A DNA stretch of 64,000 nt from Candidatus Limimorpha sp. (lineage in GTDB: Bacteria > Bacteroidota > Bacteroidia > Bacteroidales > F082), in contig JBGURY010000004.1 in NCBI GenBank assembly GCA_045132275.1, positions 121,892-185,891 of the forward strand, written 5' to 3'. Positions 8,445 to 14,428 of this stretch are shown one piece after another. Position numbers and translations under genes: made by a program. Below the pieces are notes generated by a model, which worked only from the letters and a program-made list of their open reading frames with translations, was not told the origin of the DNA and did not search any database. Each line of letters starts with the position of its first letter. The stretch's first letter is position 1.

Positions 8445-9902
8445 TTAGAACCTCACCTTGAGGGTGGCGACGAGGTTGCTCTTAAACTGCTTCTGATTAA
8501 TGGGCTCTATGCCTAACTCGCCTGCGTCGTAGAGGTACAAGTAGTTCTTCCCATAGGTCAGCTCGTAAGCGAAATCGAAGGAGGTGTCGTCGGCGACGGG
8601 TACGCTGATGCCACAAGAGGCTTTCTTAACGCTACCTGACGTTTCACCCAAGCCGAAGGGACTGCCATAGTATCCTGCGCCGAACCTGACGTAAGTGCCT
8701 CCGAGGTACCATTCGGAGCCCAGACGGAAGTTGAATGTACGCCCGTATTTTTCCTTGATTTGGTCGTTGGTGGGCGTATAGTCGTAGTCGTCGTCAGCGA
8801 CGGCCTTGAAACGCGCGGTGGCAAAATTGGTGTATTCGGCGTCGAAGCTCACCATGCCTTGTTGCCCGATAACGAATGCCATGCTGCCCACCCATCTCAA
8901 TGGCTTAATGAAGGTGTATTCGTAGGGTTCATTCTGGCTGAAGTACTTCCTTGTGATATAGCCAATCTCCGATTCCGTTTCGGTCTGCCATGTCTCGTCA
9001 AAGGCATAGATGGTAGGACTGTGGAAGGCACCTCCTATGCGCATCCAGGGCGTCGCGTGGAAGATGAAACCGACCTTGGCGTTGCAGCCCCATCCCGTTG
9101 AGCTGAGATCTTCGCTGTAGCTCCAATCGTTGAAACCGCTTTCAGGGTCGGCTCCGTCAGGATGTGCCTCATCGAAGACGCGGGTGCCCACACGCTTGAT
9201 GTGAGCCACGTTGACGCTGGCGCCCAGAAACAGGCGGTCGCGGAAATTGGCGCTACCTGCGAAGGTCCATTCCTCCGAACGCCCTTTAAAGGTGCTCTTC
9301 TGTCCTTGCCATATGTTGCCTTGTGGAACGGGGCTGGTATAATATCCTTGTCCGTCGAGGTCGATGAGGTAGGTTTGCCAAGCGGGATAGATGTCGTACG
9401 GGAAATAGTCCACCAAGTCATCCTCCGAGTATCCGTCGATTTGCGCGAGATAGTTGTCGATTCTCGAGCTTGTCGGGTTGATGCCTCGGGCTAGGGTACG
9501 CATATTGTAGTCGTCGGTGCGTGTCAACCCGATGCCGAATTGTGTGGCCCTCAAAGGCTTGTAGTTGCTTCTTTCATTGTAGCCCACATAGCCGACATTG
9601 GGGATGGAGAGACGCATCTTGTTGCCCCCGTTTCTGCTATCGTAATAGGTGGAGCTGTGGTAGTTGTCGAGGAGGTTGAGCGTGGTGGTGAACTCGTTGC
9701 TGCGGTAGAGACCCATGCCCGCGGGGTTGATGCAGACGGAGGTCATGTCGCCGCCCACAGCGCCGAGGGCGTTGCCCAAGCCCATGGCTTTGGCCGTGCC
9801 TTGATAGTAGTTTTGCGAAAACAGGCAGGCGTCGTCGGCACCTTGTCCAAATAAGGGTGCAATGAATAACATGGCGATTGTCAGGGTCAGGATCCTCTTC
9901 AT
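8445..9902 (-). CDS. FadL/PorV-like outer-membrane beta-barrel protein
   Basis: Signal peptide MKRILTLTIAMLFIAPLFGQG, a GLGNALGAVGGD..INPAG motif, alternating beta-strand pattern and a C-terminal aromatic residue (..LKVRF). Confidence 0.6.
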   Translation of the reverse strand: MKRILTLTIAMLFIAPLFGQGADDACLFSQNYYQGTAKAMGLGNALGAVGGDMTSVCINPAGMGLYRSNEFTTTLNLLDNYHSSTYYDSRNGGNKMRLSIPNVGYVGYNERSNYKPLRATQFGIGLTRTDDYNMRTLARGINPTSSRIDNYLAQIDGYSEDDLVDYFPYDIYPAWQTYLIDLDGQGYYTSPVPQGNIWQGQKSTFKGRSEEWTFAGSANFRDRLFLGASVNVAHIKRVGTRVFDEAHPDGADPESGFNDWSYSEDLSSTGWGCNAKVGFIFHATPWMRIGGAFHSPTIYAFDETWQTETESEIGYITRKYFSQNEPYEYTFIKPLRWVGSMAFVIGQQGMVSFDAEYTNFATARFKAVADDDYDYTPTNDQIKEKYGRTFNFRLGSEWYLGGTYVRFGAGYYGSPFGLGETSGSVKKASCGISVPVADDTSFDFAYELTYGKNYLYLYDAGELGIEPINQKQFKSNLVATLKVRF

Positions 9903-9913
9903 GGCTATCATAA

Positions 9914-9952
9914 TAAAAAAACTACCTTGCGATTTTGACCGCAAAGGTAGTT
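9914..9952 (-). terminator. Rho-independent terminator after the low-complexity lipoprotein gene
   Basis: On the minus strand: AACUACCUUUGCG, an 8-nt loop, CGCAAGGUAGUU (one bulge), then U6. Confidence 0.55.
9942..9949 (-). promoter_or_regulatory. -7 promoter box (TACCTTTG) for the barrel gene
   Basis: TAnnTTTG match 39 nt upstream of the ATG at 9902, embedded in the 5' arm of the terminator hairpin. Confidence 0.45.
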
Positions 9953-9985
9953 CTTTATTCTTAATCTATTGTCTTGGCTCGAAAA

Positions 9986-11398
9986 TTATCTTCTTCCGCC
10001 GCCACCTGAACGACCGCCACCGGAGCTGTGACTTCCGCCGCTGCTGTGACCACCGCCAGAGCTGTGGCTGCTTGAGCTTGAGCTACGGCTGCCACCGCTA
10101 TAGCTGCTACCAGAGCTACGGCTTGAACTCGACGACGAGCTGCCGCGGTTATAGCTTCCGCTGCTAGAGCTGCTTCTCGAAGGCGAGCTGCTGCGGTTGT
10201 AGCTTCCGCTGTTGGAGCCGCTTCTCGAAGAAGAGCTGGGGCGGTTGTAGCTGCCACTCGACGAGGAACTGCTGTTTCTGTTGTAGCTTCCGCTGTTGGT
10301 TGAGGAGGGACGTGAGCTGGACGAGCTCTGCGGGCGTACGTATTCCGAGCTGGAACGCGACGGACGGCTGTTGCTGGGCGAGGTGTAGTTTTGGCTGCTA
10401 CTCGAATTCCCGGGACGTGCCGAGGTGTTGCTCGACGGACGGCTTGCCGAAGCGCCGATACGTCCGCTGGTGCCTGCGGTAGGCCTGTTGCTCGAACTCG
10501 GACGGCTGGCACTGACGTTGCCGTTGACGCGACCTGTGCTGTTGCCGACGGTAGGACGGCTCGACATGCTTCCAGCATTTCTGTTGCTTGCTCCTGTGCC
10601 GATGCGACCTGACATGCTGCCTGCGGCGCCTTGGCCGTTACGGCCTTCGCCTTGCAGACGATGACTCATCGATCCCGCGGTGCTGCCACCGTGACGCACA
10701 CTGGCCACATAGCTGCTCAAACCGCCACCGCCTTGACCACCAGGATGATGTCCGCCATCATGGCCATGCCAGTTGTGGTGGTGATAGTCGTGATGATGCC
10801 AGCTGTGGTGCCAGTGGCTGTGGTAGCCATAGCTCCAGTACGGATCCCAGCCCCAGTAGTAACTGTAATAGTAGGGATAACCCCAATACCATCTATAGCT
10901 CCAGTAGCTGCTCCAATAGGGACGATAGCCCCAGTCCCAATAGTAGTAGCTGGGATAGTAGTTCCAATAATAGGGGTCGTAACTATTCACGTAGACGTAG
11001 GTGTCGCCACCGCCGCCATAAGTGTAATAGTCGTCATAATAGTCTCTCGTCGAGGAGGCTTGCGTGCCGAAACGCTTGATGCGCATCGCATAGTCGGCAT
11101 CAAAGTAAGTCTCGGTGGTGGTGTACACAACGCCGTTGGTGTCGGTCACCGTCTCGGTGGTCTGATACACGGGTTCGGCGTTACTGACGTAGTTCTTGCT
11201 GTCGGAATAATAGGTTTGGTAGTCGTATTCCGAGTTGCTGCTGACGCTGGGGCTGACGTAAGAGCCGTTGCCCGTGGTCATGTGTCCGCCTTTGTTGTAG
11301 GGCGAATAGTAGGTGTCGTCGTAGGCCGTCTGCCGGCTCGATGAGCAGCTGGCGAAGACCATCAAGGCGACGATAGGGATGAGTCTTAACGCTTTCAT
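9986..11398 (-). CDS. Low-complexity lipoprotein with a Tyr/Trp-rich block, a His-rich block and a Ser/Arg/Gly-rich tail
   Basis: Lipobox MKALRLIPIVALMVFASC. YxWGxW-like aromatic repeats span aa 119-192, a His cluster spans aa 192-219, and four GSYNR repeats plus HSSGG repeats occupy the tail. Confidence 0.7.
   Translation of the reverse strand: MKALRLIPIVALMVFASCSSSRQTAYDDTYYSPYNKGGHMTTGNGSYVSPSVSSNSEYDYQTYYSDSKNYVSNAEPVYQTTETVTDTNGVVYTTTETYFDADYAMRIKRFGTQASSTRDYYDDYYTYGGGGDTYVYVNSYDPYYWNYYPSYYYWDWGYRPYWSSYWSYRWYWGYPYYYSYYWGWDPYWSYGYHSHWHHSWHHHDYHHHNWHGHDGGHHPGGQGGGGLSSYVASVRHGGSTAGSMSHRLQGEGRNGQGAAGSMSGRIGTGASNRNAGSMSSRPTVGNSTGRVNGNVSASRPSSSNRPTAGTSGRIGASASRPSSNTSARPGNSSSSQNYTSPSNSRPSRSSSEYVRPQSSSSSRPSSTNSGSYNRNSSSSSSGSYNRPSSSSRSGSNSGSYNRSSSPSRSSSSSGSYNRGSSSSSSSRSSGSSYSGGSRSSSSSSHSSGGGHSSGGSHSSGGGRSGGGGRR
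9989..10300 (-). repeat. Imperfect in-frame tandem repeats encoding GSYNR(S/R/G)n units
   Basis: The + strand motif gcggttgtagcttccgct and variants recur every ~45-50 nt. Confidence 0.7.
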
Positions 11399-11443
11399 TT
11401 TATTGAGTATTTATTTGTTCTTGAAATCAATTTGCCAATCGCT

Positions 11444-11451
11444 CAAAAATA
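11444..11451 (-). promoter_or_regulatory. -7 promoter box (TATTTTTG) for the lipoprotein gene
   Basis: TAnnTTTG match 45 nt upstream of the ATG at 11398. Confidence 0.55.
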
Positions 11452-11498
11452 TACAAATATCGTACCAAAATCGACCTTTCTGCAATTGGACTTCAAAT

Positions 11499-12323
11499 TT
11501 ATTCCAGCTTGAAGACATCGCCGTCGCTTGTGCACTCTTTTTCGATCCAGGGATGACCTTTGTAATACACGTTGCCGATGCTGTTGAGACGAGCCATCAA
11601 ACGGCTTCGAGCCCAGACGTAGGTGTCATTGGTCGACTCCGAAATTACCTTAACGATGTTGGAGTTGAGCGCCTCGGCATGGATACATCCGTAGCTCTTC
11701 ACATAATGCTCGGCATAGCCTGCGACGCCGCATAAGGTCACCTTCGAGGTACCGAAGCTGAAGACGGTCTTCAGTACGTCACAGTCGAAACACAGGTTGA
11801 TATCGCCACTGCCTTCTTTGATCCTGAGCACGAAGCTTCGGTTCCAATAAGTCATGACGCTGTCGATGCCTATTTGCGTGGTGTCTATCCCTGTGGTATC
11901 GGCGCCAATGGTGATGGTGTCGGAGACCAACGCCCCATATCCTCTGATGGAGTCGATGCAGCGCAGGTCGCCGATGGAGGCGTAGGTGATCTCGCGCAGA
12001 CTGTCGTAGTATACCGTCATGTCGATGCTGTAGTCATAGCTGCGTAGCCAGTTGTATTCGTTCTCGTTTTTGATGATTAACGAGTCTCCTTTCACTTCGG
12101 TGGTCACCTTCTCGATGAGGTTCTCAGGGCAGGTTAGGTCGATGCCTTGGTGGTCGCTGTTGACGAGCTTGACATTCACATTGTTGTAAATACAAATCGT
12201 CTCGAAGCGTTGCCCCAAGTTGCGGTGCTCGGTGACGGGCGCGCCGTTGGTGAACACCTTGCTGCATGAGGTGGCCGTCAAGCTAACGAGGAAAAACAGG
12301 ACTGCGATGACGTTTCTTTTCAT
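11499..12323 (-). CDS. DUF2807-like (GIN-domain / putative adhesin head) lipoprotein
   Basis: Lipobox MKRNVIAVLFFLVSLTATSC. Repeated beta-helix-like segments end in NVYYKG. The longer ORF-track N-terminus is a Cys/Ser/Thr-rich out-of-context extension. Confidence 0.6.
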   Translation of the reverse strand: MKRNVIAVLFFLVSLTATSCSKVFTNGAPVTEHRNLGQRFETICIYNNVNVKLVNSDHQGIDLTCPENLIEKVTTEVKGDSLIIKNENEYNWLRSYDYSIDMTVYYDSLREITYASIGDLRCIDSIRGYGALVSDTITIGADTTGIDTTQIGIDSVMTYWNRSFVLRIKEGSGDINLCFDCDVLKTVFSFGTSKVTLCGVAGYAEHYVKSYGCIHAEALNSNIVKVISESTNDTYVWARSRLMARLNSIGNVYYKGHPWIEKECTSDGDVFKLE

Positions 12324-13479
12324 GGGTGGGTAGGTAGTATTTGTGTTGGATATGGTAGCCGACACCGACGCTGATGAAGTCGGCCTTGATGTCGTAGGTG
12401 GTGAAGGCGATGGTGGCAAACAGGTTGTCGGTGAAGTAATAACGGGCCGCCACCTTTTGGTAGAACAGCATTCCGAAAGTTTTCGAGTTGAGAGGCACAT
12501 TGTTGCGCAGGCCCACGTTGAACATGAAGCTGGCATTGTTGAACAGCATCTCATAAGAGAATAGCAGTCCGGGCTTGAGATACATGTCCCAGTCGGGTTT
12601 CGTGATCTTGTCGGAGTTGTCGTAAACTAACTCCACGCCAACACCCAGCCGGTCGCGCTCGCTGATCTGGAACATGAAATTGGCGGCCAGGTCGTGCACA
12701 AAGAAATATTGGTGCGTGCCGTATTGTTGGCTCATGTCCTTGAAGCCCAAGGTGTATTGGTAGTCGGTGACGAAATGCCGTTTGCCGTCAAACTCGAAGA
12801 GGTAGTTTTGGGGACGCAGACGTTTATCCAGATGGGCTTTGGGCGGGGCCAGGTACCACGACAGTCCTGTGGCGGCGCTGAGGATGTTGATACCCATGTT
12901 AGGTGTGCGTGTGGCTCCGTTCGAGAAGTGGGTCAACCCCGCCGAGGTCACCCAATGCAGGCGGTCGACGATGCGCTGGCGGTATTCGAACGACAGGTTG
13001 ACGGCGGCATTCACGTGTGAGCCGATGGCATAGTTGTGGTAGTTCTCTGTCGGGTCGAACTTGTTGGTGAGCCACGAAACGCCCACACCCAGCTTGAAGG
13101 TCAGCTTGCTTCTCTCGCCCGGCGTGATGGGGAAGTTAATGAAGGGGTAAAGGGCGAAAACCTTGCCCAGCTCGGCTGAGATGCTGTCGTTGCCGAAGCC
13201 CGAATAATAGAAAGTGAGTCCGATGGACGGATAGTTGTGCAGCACTTCCCAACGGTGCTCGCCATAGGTGTTACGATGGAGCGAGAACTCGTAGCCGGGG
13301 GTGTGCCGACTGTAACGTCCTAAGGCTGAATGGTATTGGTCGTTTTGAAAGTACATGTAGCCATAATGCACTCGAGCCTCCACCTCATAGTTGCGGTGAC
13401 TCAGTTGCGCGCTCGCCTGGCTGCCTATTAATAATAAGGTAAACAAGACGAGAAGAATATGGCGTTTTTGTCTTTTCAT
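12283..13479 (-). CDS. Acyloxyacyl hydrolase (PagL-like lipid A deacylase family) with an extra C-terminal beta-rich half
   Basis: Signal peptide ending in ASAQ. A HFSNG catalytic-type motif sits in the N-terminal half. The start at MKRQKRH lies 8 nt downstream of a -7 box. Confidence 0.6.
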   Translation of the reverse strand: MKRQKRHILLVLFTLLLIGSQASAQLSHRNYEVEARVHYGYMYFQNDQYHSALGRYSRHTPGYEFSLHRNTYGEHRWEVLHNYPSIGLTFYYSGFGNDSISAELGKVFALYPFINFPITPGERSKLTFKLGVGVSWLTNKFDPTENYHNYAIGSHVNAAVNLSFEYRQRIVDRLHWVTSAGLTHFSNGATRTPNMGINILSAATGLSWYLAPPKAHLDKRLRPQNYLFEFDGKRHFVTDYQYTLGFKDMSQQYGTHQYFFVHDLAANFMFQISERDRLGVGVELVYDNSDKITKPDWDMYLKPGLLFSYEMLFNNASFMFNVGLRNNVPLNSKTFGMLFYQKVAARYYFTDNLFATIAFTTYDIKADFISVGVGYHIQHKYYLPTHEKKRHRSPVFPR

Positions 13480-13487
13480 TTGGGCTG

Positions 13488-13495
13488 CAAAAATA
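13488..13495 (-). promoter_or_regulatory. -7 promoter box (TATTTTTG) for the PagL-like gene
   Basis: ggctgCAAAAATAc on the + strand, 8 nt from the ATG at 13479. Confidence 0.55.
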
Positions 13496-13505
13496 CAAAA
13501 TTCCT

Positions 13506-13513
13506 TATTTTTG
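13506..13513 (+). promoter_or_regulatory. -7 promoter box (TATTTTTG) for mazG
   Basis: TAnnTTTGCGC match 19 nt upstream of the ATG at 13533. Confidence 0.55.
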
Positions 13514-13532
13514 CGCTTCAAAACGTACAACA

Positions 13533-14309
13533 ATGGACGAAAGATTAGTCGCTTTCAAGCGTTTGCTGGACATTATGGACGCCGTGCGCGCGGGTTGCCC
13601 ATGGGACAGCACCCAGACCATTCACAGCCTCCGTCACCTCACCATCGAGGAGACCTACGAACTCAGCCAAGCCATTCTCAACGACGACCTCAACGAGGTG
13701 AAGAAAGAGCTCGGCGACCTCATGCTGCATCTCGTCTTCTATGCCAAGATAGGGCAGGAGCAAGGCGCCTTCGACATCGCCGACGTGCTCAACGGCATAT
13801 GTGACAAGATGATTGTGCGGCATCCGCATATCTTTGGTAATGAGCATGTTGAGAATGCTGAACAAGTGGAACAGAATTGGGAGAAAATCAAATTGGAGCG
13901 TGAGCATAACCGTAGCGTGTTGGGTGGCGTGCCTGAAGGATTGCCTTCGTTACTGAAAGCCTATCGCATGCACCAAAAGACCGCTGGCGTGGGCTTTCGC
14001 TGGCCCGATGCCGAACAGGCATGGCAGAAAGTGGAGGAGGAGAAGAAAGAGCTCTTCGCTGAGTTGCAAAAGCCCGACAACACACAAAACATAGAGGCGG
14101 AATATGGCGATCTGCTCTTCGCCTTGGCGGCCTATGGCATTTATATCGGCGTGAACCCCGACGATGCCCTGGAGAAAACCAACAAGAAATTCCGCGAGCG
14201 TTTTGCCCACGTGGAGCAGCGCGCCCGTGAGCAAGGCAAAGGTGTGCAACACCTCACTCTTGACGAGATGATTGCCTATTGGAAAGAAGCAAAACAGATT
14301 GTGGATTAA
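13533..14309 (+). CDS. mazG: Nucleoside triphosphate pyrophosphohydrolase MazG
   Basis: Motifs CPWDSTQTIHSLRHLTIEETYEL and RHPHIF, with a tandem MazG-domain architecture. Confidence 0.85.
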   Translation: MDERLVAFKRLLDIMDAVRAGCPWDSTQTIHSLRHLTIEETYELSQAILNDDLNEVKKELGDLMLHLVFYAKIGQEQGAFDIADVLNGICDKMIVRHPHIFGNEHVENAEQVEQNWEKIKLEREHNRSVLGGVPEGLPSLLKAYRMHQKTAGVGFRWPDAEQAWQKVEEEKKELFAELQKPDNTQNIEAEYGDLLFALAAYGIYIGVNPDDALEKTNKKFRERFAHVEQRAREQGKGVQHLTLDEMIAYWKEAKQIVD

Positions 14310-14354
14310 TTTGAAAAAAAACCTTTATCCCCTTTGCAACATTAATTTTTTGGT

Positions 14355-14362
14355 TATATTTG
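14355..14362 (+). promoter_or_regulatory. -7 promoter box (TATATTTG) for the T9SS cargo gene
   Basis: TAnnTTTGCAGC match 66 nt upstream of the ATG at 14429. Confidence 0.5.
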
Positions 14363-14428
14363 CAGCGCAATTTATACTTTTTGTGAACTCAACACAAACA
14401 ACTTAATACTAACTAAAATTCAAACAAA

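Noticed and set aside
9989..10300. Regularly spaced ~45-50-nt repeats considered as a possible CRISPR-like array
   Set aside because: The repeats are imperfect, in-frame coding repeats (GSYNR units) with no unique spacers, no leader and no cas genes.
9961..11344. Alternative-frame ORFs (9961-10578 minus; 10631-11344 and 10588-11079 plus) inside the low-complexity lipoprotein gene
   Set aside because: The repetitive, stop-poor sequence keeps several frames open. Only the 9986-11398 frame starts with a lipoprotein signal peptide downstream of a promoter box.
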